Of a DNA stretch of 64,000 bases, positions 37,820 through 50,191 are shown piece after piece; the stretch's first letter is position 1; each line of letters starts with the position of its first letter. Source of the stretch: Paraspadella gotoi (taxonomy: Eukaryota; Animalia; Chaetognatha). The DNA lies in NCBI GenBank assembly GCA_051294375.1, contig CM119265.1, positions 5,503,696 to 5,567,695 of the forward strand, in the 5' to 3' direction. Both the position numbers and the translations under genes were made by a program. Below the pieces are notes generated by a model. The model had not been told where the DNA came from. It did no database searches and was given only the letters and a program-made list of their open reading frames with translations.

Positions 37820-40047
37820 ATGTCTCATTTCCCTCACTGCACGACAAAGGGCCCTTTTTTTTTCGGATCGGCGACCCGCATCCAAATATTGGATTCGTCG
37901 CTAAATTGAGAACTAGACGAAAGATAAGATCGCCGACGGCGACTCTTTGCTTCCGAATGACTACGCGACAAAAAACCCAACGGATACCAATAACAACAAC
38001 AACAATGGAAAAAAAAAGACCAAACAAGCATCTGGGGGGGGGAGAAACAAAACANNNNNNNNNNNNNNNNNNNNNNNNNACTAAACAGGTCCGTCTGTCC
38101 GTCCGATTTCGTTTTCTTTCTTATCTCTTCCCCGCCTCCTTGCTACAAACAAACAAAAGAGCAGCAGTAATTCCATTTGTTTCTTCACGCGAAAAGAAAC
38201 GTGAGGGAAAGAAAACGCAGAAGGGGCCGTGAGCAGTTGGTGAACTCGGAGAGAGGCGTGGCCGGTTGTGAGAATAAGATGGTGGAAGACGGTGGAAGAA
38301 ATGGCACCAGTTAGGATCGGAGTGAAGAAAGTGGCGGCGATAGTAAAGTGAAAAAGAAGAAAACTGTGAGAAAGTGAGTGAGGAGCGAATTTCCTGGCGG
38401 AAAAAGGCAGCAAAGGAATCGTGAAACGAAATGATGAGAAAGGTTTTCGGGACGATGATGTTTGTGATGATGTAGAAGGAGGAGGGAGACAGAAATTTAT
38501 CTGAGAAGCTCAGGTGTTGAAAACCACCATCTTGAAGAAATGTATGGAGTAGCAAACGCTAGGGAGCGTTTAAAGTGCTTAGGAGTATAAAATAAGGAAC
38601 TTCGAGCGATTCTCGATAATGAAAAAAGTTGAAGAGAACCCAGTTAGTTATTTAAAATGTCCTTATCCTGGACAACCGTAGTTGGGATTAATATAGGTAT
38701 AATAATAGTACAATTTAACCTAATAATAAACCAAACGCTCACAAGAAAAGAACCACCTTACGAAACCTGATAGACACAAATATTAATCGGTTTTTTAAAA
38801 TATTTTTTGCCATATTAAAAAGAAATATTGTGGTTTTTACACGAGATAGATAGATATAGATAAATAAATTTTTTGATTAATGTTAATCTATTAATAGAAA
38901 AAAATTAAAATTCCCCTTTCTCTCTCTAAGACTCTCTTTCTTCGGAATTCTCCTTTTTCTCTCTTCCAACTCATTCGTCCCGAGAGTCTCTTTTCTCTGG
39001 CGACTCAGCGAGATAACGACGACGACTACGACAACAACGACAACAACAACAAAGTAGATGTTAGAAACAAGGAAAAAGAGAGAAATCGATAAACAGGCGA
39101 TTATGACACAGACAAAAAAACATACATTACATGTAAGCAATAAGCGATTAAACATCCCTTTCGGTTCCAACGGGTTTCTCAACAAAACAAAACACAATTA
39201 AAAAAAACCAAACAAAACAAAACAACAACAATAACAACATCAACAACAACGAAGGAATAAGATAAAAAAAATCGGAGGCAAAGGATAATTTACGTGGACC
39301 CAAAACTCAGTTGAACTGAGTGGAGGTGAAGGTCGCGAGGTCATTTCTCTGGGAGCAAGACATCGGCCTCTCGTCGCGGCTTTTTGTTCCGAGACGCGAT
39401 GGCCTGGATCCCGGATTCCTGCTGGCCTCGTTTCCTGGACTTTCCCGTCGTTCGTACGCGCCCATGATTCACTCAAGTTTCAAACAATTTTCTGCTTCTG
39501 TTGTTTCTAAAGAAATTCACGATAATCGAGTCAACTTAAGCATTATGCAACGTAAACACTTGCAAAACCTCGTCAGGGACGGCAACCACAACGACGACGA
39601 TCACAAAAACAATATCTATAACGGCAACTGCATCAAAAGCGACAGCAGTGGTAACAGACAGCAAATAAAACTCCTACAACAACATCAACAACGAAACCAA
39701 ATTTAAAGCAACTTCCGCCGCAACTTTTCCATCCGTCTTTTCTTCCTTCTTTTCCTCTCGCGTCTCGATCCATCTCCCTTAACCGACGCCATTTTGCGTC
39801 AACCGCCTTTCGATTCATCATCTTTCTTCACCGTTCTCTCCTCACGTAAATCGTCACTCAAACTCGTTACACTTTATTTACGCCTTCAAATTTTTTTTTC
39901 ACGATCGTCGTAGTCGTCGTCGTAGTCGTAGTCGTTCTAGTTCTCGTCGTCGTCGTTTTGGGTCGTTTGGGGTGATCTGCCATCGCCTCTCTTGTTGTCC
40001 TGCGTGAACTGGAATCATTTCACTTCATTTTCTCTCTTCCTCTCTCT

Positions 40048-40083
<36 letters not shown>

Positions 40084-40088
40084 TCTCT

Positions 40089-40124
<36 letters not shown>

Positions 40125-42813
40125 ATCCCTCTGTCTCTATCTTTTTTCTTCCTTCCCTTCCCCATTTTCGCGACCCTTTCTCGGATCGTCTGCATAAACA
40201 ATCTATCAGAACTTCTTCCTCTGCAGTTCGCTTTTTCTTCACTTCCGCCGCCGCCGCCTCCATCGCCGCGACTCCCAACCTCAGTGAAACCTTTCATCCT
40301 TTACTCTCCGCCCTCACCCAAAAAACTCACCTCCCCTCTTTTTCCCACGTTCCTTACCCGACTCGCACCTGCGTCCCGTTTGCCTTCAACACTTACCCTT
40401 CCCTTCGTGGGCGGGCTTCACATCTTTTTGTAAACAAAACTTATTTTCCGCCCCCTGACGGAATCACCACCAAACCAACCACGGCGTCAACCATCACTCT
40501 CTACACGTTGCAGACGTTGCACGTGGAACAACGATCAACGTCATCTTTACCAGCACCACATCTTAATCACATCCAACACATCAACCGCTGCCACATCAAT
40601 CACATGCCGCCAATACTAACGCCACTAAAGTCACCTGGACACATTCATCAGCTTTAACGCGTTAACCACCTCAACCAATTCCACCACCCCTACCCTTCCT
40701 ACCCTCCACCTTCTCCTCCACCATCGACGCCATCGCCAATTCCATCCTCTTTTTTTATTCCATCCCTCGATTCCGGATTCAGGGGGAAGCAAAAACTTTT
40801 TCCCAAACGCAGAGATTCCCTTTCGCGTTGTTTACACTTTTGGATATTTATTTATTTATTTATTTATATATTTCTCCTTCTCCGTCCCACCTGAGCGACG
40901 GGAGAAGCGAGACGCCGTCGTAACGGTTTTTCGCGCCAAAAAAGAAATAGCTCTCGACGTTTTTCGCGCGTTTTACGTTTCATCGTTTTTTTTTATTCGC
41001 GTTTTATCGACGTGGAAGATTTTTTTTTTTATTATCATTTTCTTTCTTATTTTTTATATGCGTTTTTTTTTTACTGAGTTTTATTTACCTTTTCAAAAAG
41101 GTTTTGTCTACGAAACGTCAGAACGCAATGTTTCGAGAGCTTTGCAAGAGCGGTTCCAGAATTGAGACTGGCCGGAAGTTAAAACGTTTCTGTTTATTTT
41201 GCCATAAACTTATTCCCTTGTTTTCTTTATTTTCTCTCTCTCTCCCCCCCCTCTTCATCTCTCACTCTCTCCCTTACTCAGTTACTCTCATTTATTCTTT
41301 AGTTTCGCTAATTTTCTGTCTTTTTCTGTCTTTTTTTTCTTCTATTTTCTTTCTTTATTTTTTTCTTTACTTTTTTCTTACTTTCTTTCTCTTTCCTTTC
41401 CCTAGTACTCTGCAACGTAAACAACTTAAAGTTTATCTCCGCTTTTTTCCTATTTTACAACTCGCCCCTGGTTTTTCTCGTAAACCGCGTAAAAGGAAGG
41501 AACCTTGCCCAAACTCATCGGATTGCCCCCTTTCCCCCTCCCCACCTCCTCTTCTGTGTTGACGCCCTCGAATCGCCCGCCCATCACCGCTTCCGCTCCC
41601 GCCGCCGCAGACGCTGCCGCAGCTGCCGAAACCTCGTCCGAAAACAACACGTAAAGTTTTTTTTTCCTCTACGACGACGACGACAACGAAGCAGAAAACT
41701 ATCAGGGACAACAACAATGACTCAATTTGAGAAAAAAAAAGTTAATGAAATTACGATGATGTAAACAGAGACGGAGACAAAAGAGGATGAAACGAGAGTG
41801 AGAGAGAGAGAATGAGACGACAATGAAAACAGAGAAAACTTAACGAGGGACGAATTCACGATGACGACGAACACAACAACAACAACCACGACGGCCACTA
41901 CGACGTAGATATTTCCCCTCGAGAGAAGAGAGAAAAAAAAGAGAGAAAGAGAGAAAGAGAAAGAGGCTAAAAATAAAGTAGACAGAAAGACGAGAGCGTG
42001 AGGACGTGGGATAACAACTTTGGAATTTTTTTTTTTATTCCCTCTAGTCGACTAGAACGAGAAGCAAATACTCGGGAAATTTTCTTCTTGAGAAAGAAAG
42101 AGAGAGAGTGAGAGATACAAGAAACATTCAGGAGATAATTCCCAAGAAAGATTTTAAAGCAAATGTAGAAGAAAATAATTTACGAGAAATAAGAATAAAA
42201 AAAAGATGAAAAAAGTGAAAGATCGAGAGAGAGAAAAAAAAAGAGAAAACAAGATAAGAAAGAAAATTATCTCGGAATATTAAACGAAGATAAGAAAAAC
42301 AAACTGAGATACAAACGAACAGAAGTTCCTAGCCCATTTGGGCCTTTTTATCACAGAACGCCCCATTTTATCTTGAATTCGGAATTAGATTAATATTTTC
42401 AGTTAAAGATGAGGTTAAAGGTTAGAGGTTAGGGATAAGGTAAGGGATTAGGATAGTGATTAAGGTCAGGGAATTAATTAGATTAATATTTTTAATTAAA
42501 GATTAGGTTAAAGGTTATATCCCGTTGTTATCGTAGTTGTCGTTGTTGTCCTAGAGTTGTTGTCTTCAAAGCCGTTGTCTCGTTTCTTTACGCGCGTCGG
42601 CCTCGTCTAAAATGTTTCACTTGTTGTTCATTTCAATTTGGTTTTGTTTTTTTCCGTTCCATGTCGGCTCGAATTGTTTTTCTGTTTTTTTGAGGGTTGA
42701 AGGAAAGTGAGCAAAGGGCTGAAAGACATACGCACAGACAAACAGAAAAAATGGGAACAGCAAGATAACAGATAGGCACATAAACAGAGAGAAAGACAGA
42801 AAGAGATGAGAAT

Positions 42814-42845
<32 letters not shown>

Positions 42846-43081
42846 CCAGAGAGAGAGAGAGAGAGAGACAGCAGAGGAAAGAAAAAGAGAGAGAGACAGA
42901 CAGAGAGATAGAGAGACAGGAGAGAGAGAGACAGAAGAGAGAGACAGAGAGACAGAGAGAGAGAGAAGAGAGAGAGAGAGAGAAAAGAGACAGAGAGAAA
43001 GTGAGAGAGAGGGAGTTCAACTTTCCCGACAGTTTAAAAGCCCCGGGGAAGAAAGGAGAGTCAAAGTTGTTGCTGGGACGA

Positions 43082-43112
<31 letters not shown>

Positions 43113-43219
43113 GCTTTCTCCTCTCTCTCTCTTGTATATGCCCTGCGCGTAATTTTTGAGTGCGTCCCTGTCTTTTGTCGGCTTAAAACCGCCAAAACAT
43201 CTGTGTTTGGATTTTGGAC

Positions 43220-43318
43220 CTGATAGTAGGAGACCCGCTGCTTTCTTCCCTTAGTGTTTGGCCCGATGTATTCCGCTTCGTGACCGTGGTTCCCTTGCTG
43301 AGTTAAGATGTTGCCGTT
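43220..43318 (-). CDS. Innexin exon 4: end of EL1 up to YYQ
   Basis: tttgttggcag|AAC ... TAC TAT CAG|GTCCAA; 33 codons NGNILTQQGNHGHEAEYIGPNTKGRKQRVSYYQ. Supplies YYQ of the YYQW signature in phase 0. Too short for the ORF track; found by reading the minus strand. Confidence 0.9.
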
Positions 43319-43567
43319 CTGCCAACAAAAAAAAATATGTCCATATACGAAGTTAAGGAGATTTTAATTTAGATTTATAGACATAGGCATGTTTAGATTC
43401 AGTACATCTCTGAAACGAACCTTTTGAGGCGACTTACCCAAAACCTCAGTCGCCTCAGTTTGTCTCGATCAATTCGGTCCTCGTGAGTTGATTCACCCTT
43501 CTTCACTTATCTTTTTGCCCAATCGACCTCGTCTTTCCTTACCCGTCCCTTACCCTTTTAATCTCAC

Positions 43568-43687
43568 CTGTCTGGTGCTGGTGGCTCCTTCCCCCTCGAT
43601 GTCCATTATGTAGAACGTTGAAGACGTCCAGCAGTAGTTATTCACGTAGTCGGCTTGTGAGTGAGTGAAGTAAGTCGGAGTGAAACA
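43568..43687 (-). CDS. Innexin exon 3: extracellular loop 1 with both conserved cysteines
   Basis: ttttcag|TGT ... CAG|GTGAGA; 40 codons CFTPTYFTHSQADYVNNYCWTSSTFYIMDIEGEGATSTRQ, matching the innexin CxxPxxF...YxxxYCW pattern. Confidence 0.95.
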
Positions 43688-44624
43688 CTGAAAATGATAA
43701 ATGACCAAAGTGAATAGAGTCACGTTAAAAGAAGGATTGGAGAAAGAACAAATTTGTTTCGTAGTATTTAACGCAGACACTGATAGCGAATGATTGATAA
43801 CGTACACTAACACGTACACGTATACGACTGTTAACTGCTAAAAATATGCAAAGGTTCTACTTTAAACAAGAGTGTGAACCGCCGTGAAAACCATCGTGAA
43901 AAATAGTTCACTGACTTCGGAAAGACAATGGAAAATGTTCTGACGTTTGTCCAACTTCCTGGTCTACGTACTTCGGTTTCGTCCTTCATTCCTCACTTGT
44001 TTTTATTCATATTCTCATTTTCTCTCGTGTTTTCTTTTCCCCTTGACGATTCATTCGTTCGCTCCTCACTTTTAAGAGTTTTACTTAACTCGATAGACTC
44101 CCTACCTCGCCTCTTCTCCTTGAAACATACTCTATTTCTTTCTTTTATATTTATAGTTTCTATTATTTTCCTATTAAGGTTTTTGTTCCGAATTTTATTG
44201 TTCATTTAAGTTTTCAGTTTCAATTTTGCGCAACTACCACATGGATAATGATAAGAAATTGATAAGATATTGATAAGAAAAATAGTTCCTTAAAACTACA
44301 GAAAAACTTTTTAAACCATTTCTGAAAATCATTATTGTAAATTTATAAAATTTAGCTGATTGAGTTTTTCCTAAGCCACAAAATATTCCTATTCAGCAAC
44401 ACTATTTTGAAGTAAGTACAGCTTAACAAATTATACCGTTATTTTTTTCTCATTATACTAAATGTTTCATAAGTTCTCAGGCGTTTTATTTCCAAACACG
44501 GGGTTCCTCTGCAGTATTTATAACTAATAACATTATTTTTTTTCCCATTCGGCAACTCTCCTTCCTATTCTTTCCTATACCTTTTCTTCAACTACCTTAC
44601 CCCGCGACCCAACCTTTGCCTTAC

Positions 44625-44759
44625 CTGTATCGGCTCCCCGATGTACTGCTTCCCGAAGAGAGGAACGACGCAGATGAGGAGCGTCAGCGCAGTGAACTTC
44701 CGGTTGAGACGATCGACGGCGTCGTCGATTCCCACCGTCTGCGCGACCCAATCCTTGAA
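44625..44759 (-). CDS. Innexin exon 2: N-terminal DDxxDRLN motif, TM1, start of EL1
   Basis: ttcctccag|TTC ... CAG|GTAAGG; 45 codons FKDWVAQTVGIDDAVDRLNRKFTALTLLICVVPLFGKQYIGEPIQ. Contains the innexin motifs DDxxDRLN and KQYxGxPIxC (the Cys is supplied by the next exon). Confidence 0.95.
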
Positions 44760-44917
44760 CTGGAGGAAGCAAGCATTCGGAGTTATAGGAAGCAAGCAAA
44801 CGGAAACAATCTGATTAAAATTGAGAAATAGATTATTTTTTTTATATCTCGTTAAATGATTATTTTAAAATTCTAGTATTATTCCGTCTATTGAATTCAT
44901 TTAGATTTCTTTCAAAT

Positions 44918-45020
44918 CAATTCAATTCAATTCAATTCAATTCAATTCTATTCAATTCTATTCAATTCTATTCAATTCAATTCAATTCAATTCAATTCAA
45001 TTCAATTCAATTCAATTCAA
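44918..45020 (+). repeat. (AATTC)n pentanucleotide microsatellite
   Basis: About 20 near-perfect units read directly. Confidence 0.95.
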
Positions 45021-46747
45021 CATGCTTGTCAACTCAATTTGAAACTTTAGACATCCATATCTCAATTGTTTTACCTTCATATATTCTTCCGCTACTTTTT
45101 TGTTTATTCATGTTTTTTTTTTTTTACTTAATCTATTCAACCAATCTAAATTTTTTCTTTTTTCATACATTGAAAATGATTTTCTAAAATGATAACAAAC
45201 CCAGTACTCCGATTTAAGCGAGAGTTTAAGACGCACGGAAACGCGTCACATAATTTGTGGTTCGCAAACCCGGTGGCGCCCTTCCCGCCCCGGATTGCCG
45301 CCTCGTCGTCGCTTCCTCCCCACTACATAATTCATTAGACTCATCGGGATTCATGCGCCAGACGAGACGTAATAAAGCTTTGTAAACAGCTTCCCATCGT
45401 CTGAGGTTCTATCCCTTGACACCTTCCGACCGCGACTAAGGGTGCCACCCTCATTTTAGTAAACCATCCGCAGGTTAATAACTTTGTCAGACTTTTTTAA
45501 CCCACCATAGTCTGACTGGAGTATAGGTCAAGGAAGCTTATTTTTGGAATTAATGGACAGTTACACAGGTACACATGGTTCTACCATTCTCATATTGTGT
45601 TGTAATCGGGTTACTTAAAATTAATTGGCTTAAAACCTGACATTAACAGAATAAATCAGATTCAAAAATTGAAAGAAAAAAAATTAGAATGGAGCAAGAG
45701 AAGAAAAGGAATTGTTCCCCCCTTTATTTGATTCTTCCAAACGACGGGTTTTAACCGGCGCGCGCCAATTTCTCAAAAAAAATGCGGCGGCGGCCGAAGC
45801 GGCAACGGCGGCGGCCGCAGCGGCAACGGCGGAGGCCGCTGCGGCGGCGAAAACAATGTCGAACGTAATGAAGGAATTTTTATGCATTAAGATTCGTTGA
45901 ATGAGGAATTGGCGATGATTGACGTCTATGAATGGCGACTGGCAGAAATCACAAAATGGAGCGAATAGCAAAAGGGAAATAAAAGGACTTGATGATTGTT
46001 TGAGGTTTGATTGCTTTGACAGTCTGACAGGAAAGATAATTAAAGATATATTAGTATTTTTGTGGAGGCCATTTCGATGCGAAAAAGTTATTTTAATTGC
46101 TTTCAAAAAAGATTACGATTCAAATGGCCAGGAGTAACAAAAAGCGAGGAAGACAGAAAGAAAGAGAGAAAGAGAGAAAGANNNNNNNNNNGAGAGAGGA
46201 GAGAGAGAGTACAAATAGAAATTTGGATTCGAGAATTCAAATGGAGTCGTTAGTTTCGGTTCCTTGTTTAGAGAATTCGGTTCCTTAGGATTTTTGGGGA
46301 TTAACGAAGGGGGAAAGAAAAAAAGGTCGTTTTAGTTGTAGTTGTCGTTGTCGTTGTCGTCTTTGTTGATTCTGTCGTCGTTGTCGTCATCGTCGCGCCG
46401 CGCTTTTGCATAAGATGTTCGGAAATTATGGCAATCATTGGCATTGAAACATGTGAAACACTCTTTACGTATGGACCCTACGAAAGCTTGCCAATGATGC
46501 CGCGTGTGTTTCAAGGACGATGTAACATCAATCAAAATAAACTCAATTTGAACCCAAGAGTTTGGCATTAGTCGAGGTTAGACTTTGCCAATTAAAGTGA
46601 GTTTCAGTCAGTTTGAGTCAGTTTCCGTCTTAATCGCTCCGCGCGTTTCGCCGAGAAATTCTCGCCGCCGCCGCCGCCGGCCGCCGCCGCCCAAGCCGCC
46701 TGCCTCCCGGGGCTAGCGAGCCGAAGAAGACGATTAGGGTTAGAGTA

Positions 46748-46790
<43 letters not shown>

Positions 46791-46908
46791 GAAGAGAGAA
46801 GAGAGAGAGAGAGAGAGTGAGGAGAGAGAGAGATGGTGGGGTCCATTAGACCGTGAACGATGATAGCGTTATGGTGCGTCTCAAAGAGTCTCATCAGAGA
46901 AAAGAGGA

Positions 46909-46997
<89 letters not shown>

Positions 46998-47971
46998 AAG
47001 TGCGTGTAGGCCGAACTGCGGAAGTTTTTTTTTCTTAATGGCGAAGGGACGAAGTCGGCAACCCACAGCCCAAAGCCAACAACATATGCAACAAAACAAC
47101 AACAAAAACAACAACAACTAAAACAGCGGGGAAAAAAATTGAGACGATGAAGGATAAAACGGAAACCAAAATATAACGACGACGCTGAGAACGAGGGGAA
47201 GAAAAACAAGCGTGAATTTTTGAAAACATCGAGATGAAATTTAGAAAGCGGCATTGGGGGGCGGTGGCAGCGGCGGCGGCGGCGCCGGCGACAGCGGCGG
47301 CGGCGGCGACAGCGGCGGCGGCGACGGCGGCGGCGGCGGCGGCTGCTCCGGTGAAGGCAGCGGCGAAGATTTCGTGTTAACGCTCTATCTGGTTTGTATT
47401 TGTTTATGAACGCCGTCGAGGAAAGTTCATGGGGCGGAAGACAAAAATAAAAAAAATAATAGCGAGGAGCCTCGTTAAATTACAGTACTTCCTATTTCAG
47501 AAAATATTGTTCATGACAATCCTATTATTACGTAAAAATATCGAGTAAAACGAAAGGGTAAAACAGGTTAAATTGGTTTGACTTTTGAAATTGTTAAAAG
47601 CTACGGGACCCTGAACTAAGCAATATTATAAGTGGGATTAAAATTATTCCTTCTTCTATCATATTTTCTTCTCCATCGCATCTAAGGTGAAAATCATCTC
47701 TGGGAAACGCGGCAACGAGCTAAAAATAGACGCCGCCCCTCCCCTTTCTTCCCTCCACCCGGGCCCCCTCTCACGGCCGCGCGCCCCGCGATTTTCCAAA
47801 AACGAGATACTCAAATCTTTCGAGAAGTTGGTGTCGGAAAAACCCTGTTGCGAACCGTTTCAACATTAAGAAATCGCGGTAATTTTTTTTTTTTCGATTA
47901 GTTTCTATGACCCAACTTTTGCATTTAAAATTTTAATATGCTTACGAGGTAACTTCGAAATTAGGATGTTA

Positions 47972-48171
47972 TGGCAACGGGAGGATAGCCTGTGATACCC
48001 GGGGCGCGGGTATGCTCACCACTGGCGTAGGGGCTGCGGACGCCTCAGTGACCGCCTCCTGTCACTGGCATGTTTTATACGGCACCGTCAATTTAAGCCA
48101 AACCGGGATACCCAATTGAACCCGGACGCACGGATGGAATGATGATGTATGCCTGCTACAGCCATTGAGAC
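47972..48171 (-). mobile_element. tRNA-derived SINE-like element
   Basis: Head gtctcaatggctgtagcagg...cattccatccgtgcgtccgggttcaa resembles the 34838 head; the body is homologous to the 32059 family. Confidence 0.6.
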
Positions 48172-48433
48172 GAGGCTGAGGACGGACAGCAGTGAGGCAG
48201 GCTTTAAGTCTTGCTGCACAATGTATCTTTATTTGTTGATTCGTCGTTTTGATTTCTATTTTTGAAGTACTTCATCACTTCCAACTCTGGTCTAGTATGT
48301 TTAGAAAATAATTCAGTTTTGTGTTAATTTTTATAAATTTCAAATTGTCTTTCGGTTTCTTTTCGTCACTAGTACATTTTCTTAAAAGCGACACTACCTT
48401 TCCCTTTTCGCCGCCTCTAAATCACTTCTTCTT

Positions 48434-48473
<40 letters not shown>

Positions 48474-49714
48474 CCTCTCTCTCTCTCTCTCTCTCCTCCC
48501 CCAACTCCTCGACTTCTTATTTCTCCGCGAGACGTCGCCCCGTCATCGCAATTTTCTGCTCTTCGATTTTTCTTTCCGACAGACGCACTCGATTTCTTAG
48601 AAAAAGAAGCCCTATTTAGACCCCTGTAGTTCTGTCGCGTCATTTTCGTCATCGTCGTCGTCGTTTCATCATTCCTTAGTCGTGTCCAATCACAATATCC
48701 GCGGAAAATCTCACGCTTAAGTTCGACCTCGCGGTAAACGCCCTCTGCACATGGGAATTAGAAAGAAATCGAATTCCATTCAATTATTCGCTTTTATTTG
48801 TATCGTTAACGGATTTCCTTTTTCGATTGATGTTATTCAAAAAAGAAGTGTTATTGTATACTATTCATAGGGTAGGTATTTATGCTGCAATTACTTGGAT
48901 TAACCTCTCACTAGAGTAGGTCAACACTAACGTAAGTATGTAATGCAATAAATAACGCGTAATATTGAATATAAGTTATTTAAAGATATACTTTGTTGAC
49001 TAAAAAAAGACTAATCGAAAGCCCTTTTCCGAGCTCGTGTTTTTCTTCCCCTTTTTCTATTTTTTCTATTTTTTTGTTTTGTCAGAAAAGCTAAAGTTTT
49101 GTGGAAAAGCTTCTTAACATCAAGCTCTACTCGCTTGCTTTGGTCTCTCAGAACGATTTTCTTGGCTTTTTTTGACAGAAAAGGCAGAGAGAGAGAGACA
49201 GAAAATAGAGGGAGAAAATAGAGACAGAGAGGAAATTGGAGATTGAAAAGGTGTAACCCGCGAAGATTGACAACAACGAAGTCATTCTCTAAAACAATGT
49301 CAATCTAAACAAGGAGCAAATAGTCGAGGCTCTTCGAACAAAAGGGAAACGGGAGGAGACGAAGATGAAGAAGAAAGAAGAAGACGTGGACGAAGCGGGT
49401 AATCTTGATGCGTGACATTGGACCGGCGTCTCCAAACGTGACGAAAAGATGGGCGGCGCGTGACGGCGGCGAAATCTGGTGGCGAAGTGGACGCCGCGAC
49501 GATAGTGACGACGAAGACGACGACGACGACGACGAAGACGACGACGACGAAGACGACGTCGACGAGGAAAACGAAAACAAACATCGGTTATGAAGAAGAC
49601 CTTGTTGACGATAATGAGAGATATTCGGTATGACTGAAATTGGATGATGATTGTTACTGATGATTAGAGAGAGAGAGAAGAGAGAGAGAGAGAGGAGAGA
49701 GAGCAGAGAGAGAT

Positions 49715-49814
<100 letters not shown>

Positions 49815-50154
49815 TTTCTAGAAAGATTGATAAACAAAGCGAATAACAGACTTGGAGACCAAAAATCAAATCGTTGCGTTGAACCGACTTTGAAGGTCAA
49901 TTCGAGAAGCGACTACTAAATTATAACCAATGGGATTTGTCATTAACCTTTTCACTTGAAATCTCCGAGTCGATGTGACTTAGGGATGAAAAGAATTGGA
50001 AAAACCTTGAAATGTACGTCGACGTCGAAAACGACAACTAGGACGACGACGACGACGACGACGATGACGAAGACGTGTTGACGAAAATAAGCTTGGATTG
50101 AACGCAGAGTCTTACGACCGAACGTCGGCTCTAACGATCGTCGAAATTACAGAT

Positions 50155-50191
<37 letters not shown>

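Noticed and set aside
39320-39706. 128-aa plus-strand ORF in a GC-richer island within the large intron
   Set aside because: GTG start, no recognisable motif, low-complexity tail and no convincing flanking splice sites.
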